Source of the DNA: Candidatus Latescibacterota bacterium
GTDB taxonomy: Bacteria; Latescibacterota; UBA2968
Length of the DNA stretch: 64,000 nucleotides
NCBI GenBank assembly: GCA_965198115.1
Contig: OZ240241.1
Location: forward strand, 4,864,001-4,928,000
Reading direction: 5' to 3'
In this document: positions 41,247-51,333 of the stretch, piece by piece
Layout of the letters: each line of letters opens with the position of its first letter
Position numbering within the stretch: position 1 is the first letter of the stretch
Notes under the pieces: generated by a model
Seen by the model: only the letters and a program-made list of their open reading frames with translations
Told to the model about the DNA's origin: nothing
The model's database searches: none
Program-made: the position numbers and the translations under genes

Positions 41247-41264
41247 GATCGACCGTTTATTTAT

Positions 41265-42684
41265 GGCTATATCTGGATCTCTCAACGAGATGAAGTGGGT
41301 GAAGGTGCCGTGGTTCCTGGCATGGGGGCGCGGTTAGCGTGTGCGGAACCTCTTCGGAATCTGCTCAGGGATGTTTATGTCTCCGACGGTAAGGAAGATC
41401 ATATCGTTGAATGCGTCGAGTGTGCGGAATCCGCTGGCTCGGTTCTTGACGATTTGGACGATTCGGTTGAGGCCTTCGGCGATGGCGTTGGTAAGACGCG
41501 TGTTCACGAATGCGAGGACGCCGAAGAAGTGCTGTCGCAGGGTCCTGACGAACTTTCGCAGGGGTTCACGTCGACTTCTGAGTGCGGACGTCGTCCAGCA
41601 TTTCAGGAAGCGTTCGGCAGCCCAGGGCGCTTTGTATTCCCAGAACTGCTCGAACTCGTCCTTGAGTCTCCAGGCTCTATAGATTCGGTAGTTCGCCTTC
41701 TCCAGTGCTTTGAGTGTCCGAGTATCCCCTCTGGAGCGTGTCGCTGAGTGCCGGTAGAGGAGCCATCGGAGGCCCTTCATGGCTTTGCGCTCATCCGGGG
41801 CAGCTTTACGCCACTGGTCCTTACGGACCTCGTCAACGGCGGCATTGAGAGCCTTGACGATGTGAAAGCGATCGAGGACCAGCTTGGCATTCGGACAGTG
41901 TTCCTGGATGGCTCCGATGTAAGCTTCGCTCATGTCGCAGCAGGCCCACTCGATCTTGGATCTCTGGTAGGGACTGAGAGCCTCTGTGAAGAACCGATCG
42001 ATCGTTTTACGCGCCCTGCCGCGGCCAACCCACACCACGCAGGAGCGGTCCAGATCGTAAACGAGCGTGGCGTACCTGTGACGCTTGGCGTAGGAGATCT
42101 CGTCGATCCCGATGGTTTTGAGCCCTCGGATACGATGACCTTCACGAAGCCGCGTGATGGATCGGTGAAGGAGATCCGACAGCGTCGAGGCAGAGATGCG
42201 CAGCAACTCGGACGCCGCCTTCTGCGTCATGGTCTGGCAGTAGCGCAGCATGGCATACTCGAAGCGATACGTCACCCGAGAGAACCGCTCCGCCCACGGA
42301 ATCTCCTCGACCACACGACCGTGGGTAGGACACCGAATCTCCCGAGGATGGTAGAGAAGCCAGACCCTCCACCCGCACACCGGAATGTCACGCCACCGAC
42401 GCGGATGGGGCATTGTGCGGACGATTTTACCTCGACGGCCGCACTCCGGACAACAACAACCATTCTTATGTGGCTTTACGGCGATGACGAAACAGCTTCT
42501 CCCCTCAAACCACCAGCTGACAACACGGAACCCCTTGAATCTCAGCAGTTTCGATAGTAATCTGCTCCCGGTCATAGGTCGCACCCCCTTCGCTTTGATT
42601 GTCCTACACACACAACCAAGCGTAGGGAACGATCTATGACCTTGTCATTCTATAGTTTCACCGTTGAGAAACCCGGATAGAGCC
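41265..42684 (-). mobile_element. ISL3-family insertion sequence
   Basis: IRs GGCTATATCTGGATCTCTCAACG / CGTTGAGAAACCCGGATAGAGCC; 8-bp TSD TTATTTAT at 41257-41264 and 42685-42692. Confidence 0.93.
41334..42575 (-). CDS. ISL3 transposase, apparently intact
   Basis: Zinc finger CPECG, IGIDE, CDMS, LDRFH, TNAIAEGLN. Confidence 0.92.
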   Translation of the reverse strand: MTGSRLLSKLLRFKGFRVVSWWFEGRSCFVIAVKPHKNGCCCPECGRRGKIVRTMPHPRRWRDIPVCGWRVWLLYHPREIRCPTHGRVVEEIPWAERFSRVTYRFEYAMLRYCQTMTQKAASELLRISASTLSDLLHRSITRLREGHRIRGLKTIGIDEISYAKRHRYATLVYDLDRSCVVWVGRGRARKTIDRFFTEALSPYQRSKIEWACCDMSEAYIGAIQEHCPNAKLVLDRFHIVKALNAAVDEVRKDQWRKAAPDERKAMKGLRWLLYRHSATRSRGDTRTLKALEKANYRIYRAWRLKDEFEQFWEYKAPWAAERFLKCWTTSALRSRREPLRKFVRTLRQHFFGVLAFVNTRLTNAIAEGLNRIVQIVKNRASGFRTLDAFNDMIFLTVGDINIPEQIPKRFRTR

Positions 42685-42806
42685 TTATTTATTCGCGAAC
42701 CCTAACCACGAAATACACGAAAGAACGACCACGAGATGACCAGGGAGACGGTCGACGCTGGCAGGTTGGCGAAGGTATGTGCGACAGACCTTAAACGAGG
42801 TTATCG

Positions 42807-45335
42807 ATGAAGTTACACTTTCTCGGTGGGGCGAATGAAGTCGGGGCGTCGTGTACACTGATCGAGATGGAGGGTCATCGCGTGCTCGTCGATGCGGGCA
42901 TTCGTATGGGCGCTCGCTCGGGTGAACACCTTCCCAACCTTTCGATCCTCGATGAGGTGGGGCCACCCGAGGAGGTTCTCGTCACGCACGCGCACACCGA
43001 TCACACGGGCGCGCTCCCGGTTGTGGCGGGCGCGCGCCCGGGCGGCGCAGCCATTCGCTGTACCGCGGCGACGAAAGCGATCACGAGGGTGCTGCTCTCG
43101 GATGCCGTGAAGATTATGGGGCTGCGCGAACAGGCAGAGGGTGAGCTGCCACTCTACCCGGCGGAGGCGGCAGATGGCGCGCTCGCAAGGATGAGGGACG
43201 TGTCGTGGCTGACGACGGTCCCAATCTGTAGCGGGGGTCTCTCGGCGACCTGGATCCCGTCCGGACACATTCTGGGTGCGGGAAGCATCTTCATCGAAGG
43301 CCAGAAGGAAAGCGTGTTGATGACGGGAGATGTGTCGGTGGCCAACCAGCGCACGATCCCGGGTATGGTCATCCCTCACTGTCGGCCGGATGTGGTCGTG
43401 ATGGAGTCGACCTACGGAAATCGCCAGCACGCCGATCGAGTCCAGCAGGAGGCCTCGCTCGCCACACGCGTGGCAGCCGTGGTTGAGGACGGTGGGAAGG
43501 TGCTGATTCCAGCGTTCGCGGTCGGTCGCGCGCAGGAGGTGATCCTAATCCTTTCACGGGCAATGCGGCGGGGGGAGATCCCGTCCTTTCCCGTGTTCGT
43601 CGACGGAATGGTCCGTTCTGTCAACGCCGTCTACGCGGCCTTCCAGGATGATCTGTCACCCGCGATTCGACGACAGGTCGCGCGGGGGGACGATCCATTC
43701 TACGGCGAGTGGGTGGGGGCGGTTTCGTCTTCAGGCGATCGTGAGAAAATACTCGCAGGGCCGCCCTGTTGTGTGGTCGCGAGTTCGGGAATGCTGATCG
43801 GAGGGGCGTCCAGTTACTATGCCGAGCGAATGGTCGAGGACCCGGACAACCTGATCGCGATCACGGGCTATCAGGACGAAGAGTCGCCCGGACGAGCGCT
43901 GTTGGACCTGGCGTCGACGGACGGCGATCGTGAGCTGGTGCTGAACGGAACACGGACGCCGGTGGCCTGCAAGGTTGAAACGTATTCGCTGTCCGCTCAC
44001 GCCGACGCGGGAGAGTTGACGGCCCTGGCCAGGCGGCTGGGGCCCGCGTCCGTCTACCTGGTTCACGGTGATTCTGAGGCGAGGAACGCGCTTGCGTCGC
44101 AGATCGACGCGGCGGTTCGGGACGGCGTCGTTCTGCCGGACAATGGGCTGGCCTACGAGGTCGAAACGCGGGAGGGACGATCGCGGGGTTACGGCCGGCG
44201 TGTGCCGCGGCAGGGCATTGCGGGCGGTCGACCGTTGGCCCTGGAAAACGTGGTCGAGATTCGTGCATATCTGGAAGAGACGGGTGGACGCGAACCCTTC
44301 CGAGTTCAGGAATTGGCAGAGGTCTGGTTCGGATCCTCGCTGAACGAAGAGGATGTTCACGCCGTCGGGTCGGTCTTGAAGGAGGGGCAGCACGCGTTCG
44401 TTCCTGATTCTCGACGTCCTTTTCTCTTTCGGTTTGCCCAGCAACCATCGCCGTCATCGGACGGCCGGATGGAAATGAACCAGGCTCGAGAGCGCATCGT
44501 GAGCTCTTTTCCCGACCAGGCGGGACTAATTCGGTGTAGTGCCCACGTCGATCAGGGGGTCTACGAGCTGGCCGTCCACTTCCCGGATTCGTTTCTGGAG
44601 ACGTATGCCGAGGCTCTGGCCCGGGTGGAAGAAGAAACGGGATGGCAGATTCGTGTGCGGAGCACGCCTCACCAGGGCCGTCTTTTCGAAGAGGCCTATC
44701 GTGTGTTGCCGGTTGGCGTGACGGCGCGAAAAGCACCCGCTCTTCGACTCGACTCGAAGGAAGTCGTTGTGGCCGTCGATCTGACGGTCGATGCGAGAGC
44801 CGCGTTCCCCGATTCGGCGAACACCGCATCCGAGGCCTTCGAGAGGACCACCGGATTCCGTCTGTCGCTGGTCGATCCGGTGTCGACGCAGGGAGGCCGA
44901 CCGGCGAAGGCGCCCTCAGGGGCTATGGAGATCAATCGTGCGTACGGCGTGATCAGGGAACGGTTCGGTGGACTGCCCCACCAGCCGTATCGCGTGGGAC
45001 TTAAGTCTGGAGATGGATCACCCTATATTGAGGCCGCCTTCATCAGCCGGGAGGTCGGTGAGCGGTATCGTGACCTGCTCGATGAGGTTCAGGGCGAGAT
45101 CGGCTACGAAATCCGGGTTAGGCCTTCGGCCAACCAGGAACAGATCGGAGCCGAAGCTCGGCGTGCGACGCCGGACGGCTGGGGCGTGCGAGGCGTACCC
45201 CAGATTCATACGGGCGAATCCCGGGTTGTGGTGCAGGTGATCCACGAACCCCCTGCGAGCGAAAGGGCATCGTTGTCTGCCTCGTTCGAATCGACCACGG
45301 GGTTCGCGATTTCGTGGGAAGTTACGGATCAGTGA
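42807..45335 (+). CDS. Beta-CASP metallo-beta-lactamase ribonuclease (CPSF73/YSH1-like) with long repeated C-terminal extension
   Basis: LGGANEVGASC, THAHTDH, GHILG, GD, MESTYG, PAFAVGRAQE, SSGML, SAHAD, VHGD. Confidence 0.88.
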   Translation: MKLHFLGGANEVGASCTLIEMEGHRVLVDAGIRMGARSGEHLPNLSILDEVGPPEEVLVTHAHTDHTGALPVVAGARPGGAAIRCTAATKAITRVLLSDAVKIMGLREQAEGELPLYPAEAADGALARMRDVSWLTTVPICSGGLSATWIPSGHILGAGSIFIEGQKESVLMTGDVSVANQRTIPGMVIPHCRPDVVVMESTYGNRQHADRVQQEASLATRVAAVVEDGGKVLIPAFAVGRAQEVILILSRAMRRGEIPSFPVFVDGMVRSVNAVYAAFQDDLSPAIRRQVARGDDPFYGEWVGAVSSSGDREKILAGPPCCVVASSGMLIGGASSYYAERMVEDPDNLIAITGYQDEESPGRALLDLASTDGDRELVLNGTRTPVACKVETYSLSAHADAGELTALARRLGPASVYLVHGDSEARNALASQIDAAVRDGVVLPDNGLAYEVETREGRSRGYGRRVPRQGIAGGRPLALENVVEIRAYLEETGGREPFRVQELAEVWFGSSLNEEDVHAVGSVLKEGQHAFVPDSRRPFLFRFAQQPSPSSDGRMEMNQARERIVSSFPDQAGLIRCSAHVDQGVYELAVHFPDSFLETYAEALARVEEETGWQIRVRSTPHQGRLFEEAYRVLPVGVTARKAPALRLDSKEVVVAVDLTVDARAAFPDSANTASEAFERTTGFRLSLVDPVSTQGGRPAKAPSGAMEINRAYGVIRERFGGLPHQPYRVGLKSGDGSPYIEAAFISREVGERYRDLLDEVQGEIGYEIRVRPSANQEQIGAEARRATPDGWGVRGVPQIHTGESRVVVQVIHEPPASERASLSASFESTTGFAISWEVTDQ

Positions 45336-45354
45336 AGTCTACAGGAGGTCAACG

Positions 45355-46086
45355 ATGGCCGTAGGAATCGAGATCACGGAATCCGACGTTACGGTAAATG
45401 GCCAACCCGCTTTCTGCGCTTTTCCAACCGCGCCTGGCCGCTATCCCGCAGCGGTGATGTTGCACGACGTGTTCGGCCTTCGCGACCTGGCCAGAGATCA
45501 GGCTCGGCGTCTTGCCCGTCACGGTGTGGTCGCGCTCTACCTTCACGTCTTGAGGGGGACCGACGCGTTCGATCCTGTGACAGACCCGGAAGCGCGAGAA
45601 AAGTGTCGACCCTTCGTGCAGGCAGTGACCGTCGATCAGTGTATGGAGGACTTGTCTGAAGGTGTCCGGTTGTTGCGGTCGCGTGATGACGTCGATGGGG
45701 ACAGGGTATTGCTGTGGGGATATTGCTGGGGTGGGACGATGGTGCTGAGGGGTGCCAGTCGAGTCGCGGACATCGCGGGCGTTGTGGTCTGGCACGGTAT
45801 CCTCCGCGACGAGGAGCTGGGCACGGCCCCGGATATGAAGGGCCCGATCTTGGGGTTGTTCGGTGGTATCGATCATCTGATCCCGGTCTCTGAAGTCGAG
45901 GCGCTCGAGATGGCGTGCAACGAAGCCGGCATCGCGAACAACCTGCACGTTTACCCTGACGCGCCGCATTCCTTCTGCGATGATTCTCGTCCGGAAGGCT
46001 ACCGGAGAGACGCTTGCGAAGCGGCTTGGGGGGAGGTTGTGGCGTTTCTGCACGAGCTGAAGGCGGTTTCTGAAGCCGCTGGATGA
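45355..46086 (+). CDS. Dienelactone hydrolase family protein
   Basis: HDVFGL, GYCWGG, D and H (YPDAPHSF) triad. Confidence 0.9.
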   Translation: MAVGIEITESDVTVNGQPAFCAFPTAPGRYPAAVMLHDVFGLRDLARDQARRLARHGVVALYLHVLRGTDAFDPVTDPEAREKCRPFVQAVTVDQCMEDLSEGVRLLRSRDDVDGDRVLLWGYCWGGTMVLRGASRVADIAGVVVWHGILRDEELGTAPDMKGPILGLFGGIDHLIPVSEVEALEMACNEAGIANNLHVYPDAPHSFCDDSRPEGYRRDACEAAWGEVVAFLHELKAVSEAAG

Positions 46087-46124
46087 TTGCACCGCTGGCA
46101 GACCAACGGAGTGGAGGAGGAGAA

Positions 46125-47150
46125 ATGGCACTCGAGTTACTTGCGGACAGCCCTGGGAGTGCGATCGTGGGCGAGGTCGAAGAGAGGTCACCCGATGAGG
46201 GCGAGATCCACGTTCGAAGTCTTTTCAGCGCGGTCAAGCACGGCACCGAGTTCAGGCGGTTTCAGTCGAAATCGAGCGACGCGACGGACCGATGGGATTG
46301 GGATCTTCGACTCCACGTACGCGGGGAAGAGGGAAGAGGCAGCTTTCCGTTTTCGTTGGGGAATATGGTCTACGGCGAAGTCGTGGAAGTGGGCAGCGGC
46401 GTGGAGACGTTCAGGGAAGGCGACCGGGTCTTCGCACACGCGAAGGTCCGCGACTCACATACGTCGAAGGCCGCGCAGTTCGAGATGGCCCCGGAGGGCG
46501 TATCACCGCAGGCACTCGTTTACTCGGATCCCGCCGGGGTGGCGGTCGGGGGCATTCGCGACGGCGGCGTTCGTGTCGGAGATCGTGTCGCGGTGTTCGG
46601 ATTGGGCGCGATCGGGCAGATGCAGGTGCAGGTTGCGCGCGCAGCGGGAGCACGATGGGTGGCCGCGATCGACCCGATCGAAAAGCGACGGAAATGCGCG
46701 GACCGTCACGGCGCGGACCTCGTGCTCGACCCGACACAGACGGACGTCGGTCTGACGATCAAGCAGGCGACAGGCGGGCTCGGTGTCGAGGGAAGTGGCT
46801 CGGCCCGTGCGCTGAACGACGCTTTGCGCGCGACGAGGTATCAGGGGACGGTCGTTTCGACGGCTTATTACGTCGGCGCGATGGACGGTCTCTACTTCTC
46901 GGGTGAATGGCATCGGAACCGTATCCGAATCGTCGCGAGCAGGTCCGACGGCGAACCGGCGCCGGATTATGGTTGGTCGGCAGAACGGATGGTGGACGAG
47001 GCGCTGAATCTCCTCGTCGAAGGCAAGCTACGTGTGGAGGGGCTCGTGGATCCGATCGTTCCGATGCGACAGGCCGCGACCGCCTATATGCAGATGAACA
47101 CGAATCCGGAAGAGGGGATCAAACTGGGCATCGACCACTCACTGGCCTGA
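46125..47150 (+). CDS. MDR-family (zinc-binding-type) alcohol dehydrogenase/oxidoreductase
   Basis: GroES-like N-terminus (KHGTE), Rossmann VFGLGAIG; GGAGGAG SD before ATG 46125. Confidence 0.8.
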   Translation: MALELLADSPGSAIVGEVEERSPDEGEIHVRSLFSAVKHGTEFRRFQSKSSDATDRWDWDLRLHVRGEEGRGSFPFSLGNMVYGEVVEVGSGVETFREGDRVFAHAKVRDSHTSKAAQFEMAPEGVSPQALVYSDPAGVAVGGIRDGGVRVGDRVAVFGLGAIGQMQVQVARAAGARWVAAIDPIEKRRKCADRHGADLVLDPTQTDVGLTIKQATGGLGVEGSGSARALNDALRATRYQGTVVSTAYYVGAMDGLYFSGEWHRNRIRIVASRSDGEPAPDYGWSAERMVDEALNLLVEGKLRVEGLVDPIVPMRQAATAYMQMNTNPEEGIKLGIDHSLA

Positions 47151-47155
47151 TTCGA

Positions 47156-49507
47156 ATGCGGGAGAATCCGACCTACCAGTTGCCACCGAAGGCGATCGTC
47201 GACCTGGTCGATGCCGAGCCGACGCCTTACCTCGCGCTCGATCCGACTCGAACGGTCATGGCTCTGATGCGTCGTCCGAGCCTGCCCACGATCGAGGATG
47301 TGTCGCGCGACGAGGCCCGTCTGGCGGGTCTTAGGATCGATCCGGCCACGAACGGTCCGAGCCGTGTGGACTATTTCACCGGTTACGCGCTCCGCGATCT
47401 GAGGAACCGATCGGACACGATCGTGGTAGGGATGCCACAAGGGGCCGGGCTGGGGCAGACCCATTTTTCGCCTGATGGATCTCGCATCGCGTTCACGTTG
47501 CGTGAGGAAGGGGGTCTCTCGTTGTGGACCGCTGCCGTGGCCGACGGACGGGCCCGACGATTGACCGATGCGGTGTTGAACGGGGTGTTCGGGTTGGCTT
47601 TCCAGTGGCGGTCGGATAGCCAGGCGCTGATCGTGCGTCTGATTCCCGAAAAGCGGTCCCCACCGACGGCGGCCTCGAACGTACCGTCAGGCCCCGTCGT
47701 TCAGGACAACGACGGACGGACGGCGCCGTCCCGCACTTACCAGGATCTGTTGAAAAACGAAACCGATGCGGCCTGGTTCGACTACTACGCGACGTCGCAG
47801 CTGGCTGTGGTTTCCGTCGACGGACGTATCGACCGTTTGGGCGAACCCAAGATCATCCTCCGGGCGACGCCCTCTCCCGATGGGGCCTACATCCTCGTCG
47901 AGTCGATCAATCGACCTTATTCCTACCTCGTTCCCTACTACCGTTTTCCCGAGACGATCGAGATTCTGACTGCCAAGGGGGATCCTGTTCGGACGATCGC
48001 AGATCTTCCGCTGGCTGAAGAGGTTCCGATCGCATTCGATGCTGTTCCTGTCGGACCTCGATCACACGAGTGGCGCGGTGACGCGGCTGCCGAAGTCGTG
48101 TGGGTGGAGGCTCAGGATGGCGGCGATCCTGCGACCGAGGCAGAGGTCAGAGACATCTCCTACGGAATACGGGCGCCGTTCGAGGAGGACGCCCACGAGT
48201 TGATGCGATTCGGGTTGCGGCAGATGGATTTCAACTGGGGCCGAGAGGACCTTGCGCTGGGTCGCGAACGATGGTGGAAGGACCGTCGGGTCAGAGTCTG
48301 GCGCTTCAGGCCGGGCGACACCCGTCAGGATCCAGAGCTCGTGTTCGATCGTTCCTACGAAGATCGATACGGCGATCCCGGGTCCCCGTTGCATCGGTCG
48401 TCGGCGACGGGCACGCGGCTTCTCTGGGCGAACGGGGAGACGCTGTATCTGGCTGGAGACGGAGCGTCACCGGAGGGGGATCGTCCCTTTCTCGACCGGT
48501 TCGATCTCGGATCGCATCAGTCTGAACGAATGATGCAGTGTGAACGCCCCGTGTTTGAGCGACCGATCCAGATCGTGGATGAGACCGGGCCCGTGGTTCT
48601 GGTCAGTCGGGAATCGGTCGATGAACCGACGAATTTTTTCCTTCGAGATCTCCGCGATGACGCGCTGTCGGAGATCACCGATTTCCCGCATCCCTATCCG
48701 GCTATCACGAACGCGACGAAGGAGCTGATCCGTTACGAGCGGGAAGATGGCGTTGGGCTGACCGCCACGTTGCACACGCCCCCCGGCTACACGACGGCAG
48801 ACGGACCGCTACCGACGATCCTCTGGGCCTATCCACGCGAGTTCAAGAGCGCGGATGCAGCGGGGCAGGTGAAGGACTCGCCCGATCGATTCGTCCGGAT
48901 CAGCCCGCACTCACCCCTCTATCTGTTGACCCAGGGGTATGCCGTGCTGGATGGCCCGACGATGCCGATCGTGGGAGAGGGGGATGAGGAGGCGAACGAT
49001 ACGTATGTGGAACAGCTGGTCGCGAGCGCTAAGGCGGCGACCGACGAGGTCGTGGATCGGGGTGTGGCGGACCGTGACAAGGTCGCTGCGGGCGGACACT
49101 CCTACGGTGGATTCATGACGGCGAACCTGCTCGCGCATACGGACTTTTTCAAGGCGGGCATCGCGAGGAGCGGCGCTTACAATCGAACGCTGACACCCTT
49201 CGGGTTCCAGGCAGAGGAGCGAACGATCTGGCAAGCGCCGGAGGTTTACACGACGATGTCGCCTTTCATGCACGCTGACCGAATCAAAGCGCCGCTGCTG
49301 TTGCTGCACGGGGAAGCCGACAACAATGCCGGGACGTTCCCGATGCAGAGCGAACGCTTCTTCAACGCGCTGAAGGGACACGGCGCGATCACTCGCCTTG
49401 TTATGTTGCCCCACGAGAGCCACGGCTACCGCGCCAGAGAATCGATTCTCCATATGCTGTATGAGATGACGCGCTGGCTGGATCTGTATGTGAAGAACCC
49501 TGCGTAG
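47156..49507 (+). CDS. S9 prolyl oligopeptidase family serine peptidase (glutamyl-peptidase-like)
   Basis: WAYPREFKS, GGHSYGGFMTANLL, ARSGAYNRTLTPFGFQ, HG.ADNN.GT, ESHGY. Confidence 0.9.
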   Translation: MRENPTYQLPPKAIVDLVDAEPTPYLALDPTRTVMALMRRPSLPTIEDVSRDEARLAGLRIDPATNGPSRVDYFTGYALRDLRNRSDTIVVGMPQGAGLGQTHFSPDGSRIAFTLREEGGLSLWTAAVADGRARRLTDAVLNGVFGLAFQWRSDSQALIVRLIPEKRSPPTAASNVPSGPVVQDNDGRTAPSRTYQDLLKNETDAAWFDYYATSQLAVVSVDGRIDRLGEPKIILRATPSPDGAYILVESINRPYSYLVPYYRFPETIEILTAKGDPVRTIADLPLAEEVPIAFDAVPVGPRSHEWRGDAAAEVVWVEAQDGGDPATEAEVRDISYGIRAPFEEDAHELMRFGLRQMDFNWGREDLALGRERWWKDRRVRVWRFRPGDTRQDPELVFDRSYEDRYGDPGSPLHRSSATGTRLLWANGETLYLAGDGASPEGDRPFLDRFDLGSHQSERMMQCERPVFERPIQIVDETGPVVLVSRESVDEPTNFFLRDLRDDALSEITDFPHPYPAITNATKELIRYEREDGVGLTATLHTPPGYTTADGPLPTILWAYPREFKSADAAGQVKDSPDRFVRISPHSPLYLLTQGYAVLDGPTMPIVGEGDEEANDTYVEQLVASAKAATDEVVDRGVADRDKVAAGGHSYGGFMTANLLAHTDFFKAGIARSGAYNRTLTPFGFQAEERTIWQAPEVYTTMSPFMHADRIKAPLLLLHGEADNNAGTFPMQSERFFNALKGHGAITRLVMLPHESHGYRARESILHMLYEMTRWLDLYVKNPA

Positions 49508-49630
49508 TCTGCGCAACATCCTCCCGCCGCCTGTCAATCCTGACAATGTTCGGGTCGATGACACGTCTACATCCCGGATCAACACCACCGTCGATCGATT
49601 CGATTGAAGGGGTCCGATTACGCGTCGGCG

Positions 49631-49741
<111 letters not shown>

Positions 49742-49779
49742 AGGTATAGGACGCTATTTCCAGGCTAAATCGGCGCGGG

Positions 49780-49823
49780 ATAGAATATTTATGCTTGATA
49801 ATAGAATATATTCTACCTATTGT
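49780..49823 (+). promoter_or_regulatory. arg operon promoter overlapped by two candidate ARG boxes
   Basis: TTGATA-17 nt-TATTGT; AT-rich near-palindromes ATAGAATATTTATGCTTG and ATAGAATATATTCTACCT. Confidence 0.6.
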
Positions 49824-49838
49824 TGGGGGCGAGGACTT

Positions 49839-50309
49839 ATGCCCGACAAGAGATTTCGACAGGAGAGGATTCTGGACGCCGTCCGCGAAGACGATGTGGG
49901 GACGCAAGATGCCTTGATCAAGGTTCTGGCGTCGGCCGGTGTTTCAACGACGCAATCGACGTTGTCCAAGGACCTCAAGGAACTCGGTATCGGAAAGGTG
50001 CCGGTTCCAGGTGGCTTCCGGTATGCGGTTCCGGCCAATGGGCCGATACGGCTCGAGGGCGAGGTGCTGCTGCACCGCGAGCTGACCGACTTTGTGATCG
50101 AGGTCGACGGGGCGGGGCACACGCTCGTGCTCAAGACCTTGACGGGCCACGCCCAGGGCGTCTGTGAGGCGATCGATCAGGTGGCGTGGCCCGACGTCGT
50201 GGGCACGTTGGCGGGTGAGAACACGATTTTTATTCTGTGTCGATCCGATGAAGCACTGACAGACGTTTCCGATCGGATCGCGCGCATCCAGACAGTGAGG
50301 TACGGATGA
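49839..50309 (+). CDS. argR: Arginine repressor
   Basis: RQERI..TQ..TQSTLSKDLKELG; C-terminal KT..G.A..VGTLAGENTIF. Confidence 0.92.
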   Translation: MPDKRFRQERILDAVREDDVGTQDALIKVLASAGVSTTQSTLSKDLKELGIGKVPVPGGFRYAVPANGPIRLEGEVLLHRELTDFVIEVDGAGHTLVLKTLTGHAQGVCEAIDQVAWPDVVGTLAGENTIFILCRSDEALTDVSDRIARIQTVRYG

Positions 50310-51250
50310 TCGACGTCGCGCTCTATGGCGACACGGGAATGGTCGGGCAGGAGATCGAGAGGATTCTGACCGAGCACGACGTCGTCCAAATCGGCTACCG
50401 GCAGAATTCGCGTCGGAAAGAGGGCGATCTGGATGCGTGTGCGGTCGCGTTCCTTGCGACGAAGGATCCGGAGTCGATGGCGTTCGCCCCCGACATCGTG
50501 AACAGAGGGCCGCGCGTCATCGATATGAGCGGGGCCTTCCGCCTGCCCCAGGATCTGTTCGAGGCGGGCTACGGAATGACGCACACGTGTCCGGAACTGC
50601 TGAAAGAAGCGGTTTACGGGATGCCCGCTCTGTTCGCCGAAGAGATCGCGGAAGCGCGAGTCGTCGGCAACCCCGGATGCTATCCGACGAGCGTTATCCT
50701 CTCTCTGAGACCTTTGAAGGATCTGATCGCAGGTGATGCGACGGTGGTCGCCACTTCTGGGAACTCAGGTACGCGGGCGGAAGTGGAGGAGACACCGAAC
50801 GAAGTGACGTACAACTACGGTCGTCGACACAAGCATGTGCCGGAGATGGAAGTCTACACGGGAATGCGTATCAATTTCACACCGATCGTGCTGAAGTCGG
50901 TCTTCGCGGGTATCAACGCAAACATTCGTGTCGAGTTGAGCGACGAGCTTAAAGGCCTGTCGGACCACGACGCGACGCGACGGCTGATCGCCGCGTTGAG
51001 CGATGCCTATGAGGCTGCGGACCTCGTCGAAGTCGTCGAAGACACTGGCTATCACGCGTGGGGAACGCGAGACGTCGTCGGCACGCACAAGCTGGTGATC
51101 AAACCACGCGTGGACGAGGGTTTCGCCTACATCAATGCCTTGGAAGACAACCTGGGGAAGGGTGCGGCGAGCCAGAGTGTGGAAAACATGAATCTGATGG
51201 TGGGGTTCGATCGTCTTCGCGGGATCGACCCCGTCTATCGTACGACGTGA
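50306..51250 (+). CDS. argC: N-acetyl-gamma-glutamyl-phosphate reductase
   Basis: VIDMSGAFRL, AVYGMP, NPGCYPT, HKHVPE, DNLGKGAA. Confidence 0.9.
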   Translation: MIDVALYGDTGMVGQEIERILTEHDVVQIGYRQNSRRKEGDLDACAVAFLATKDPESMAFAPDIVNRGPRVIDMSGAFRLPQDLFEAGYGMTHTCPELLKEAVYGMPALFAEEIAEARVVGNPGCYPTSVILSLRPLKDLIAGDATVVATSGNSGTRAEVEETPNEVTYNYGRRHKHVPEMEVYTGMRINFTPIVLKSVFAGINANIRVELSDELKGLSDHDATRRLIAALSDAYEAADLVEVVEDTGYHAWGTRDVVGTHKLVIKPRVDEGFAYINALEDNLGKGAASQSVENMNLMVGFDRLRGIDPVYRTT

Positions 51251-51258
51251 CGTTCACG

Positions 51259-51320
51259 TCAATCGTTCCGAACTCGACCCCCGTATCGTCGATTCGGGGG
51301 TCGAGTTCGGAATTGATTGA
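51259..51320. terminator. Long intergenic hairpin after argC
   Basis: TTCCGAACTCGACCCCCG..CGGGGGTCGAGTTCGGAA, 18-bp perfect stem, no clear U-tract. Confidence 0.5.
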
Positions 51321-51333
51321 TAGGGTAGGAGGT

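Larger units (their letters stand above)
39980..42702 (+). mobile_element. ISAzo13-family element copy 1 (contains nested ISL3 in its right end)
   Basis: Ends GGGTTTGCC.. / ..GAACCC; 3-bp TSD TAA at 39977-39979 and 42703-42705; body matches copy 2. Confidence 0.9.
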
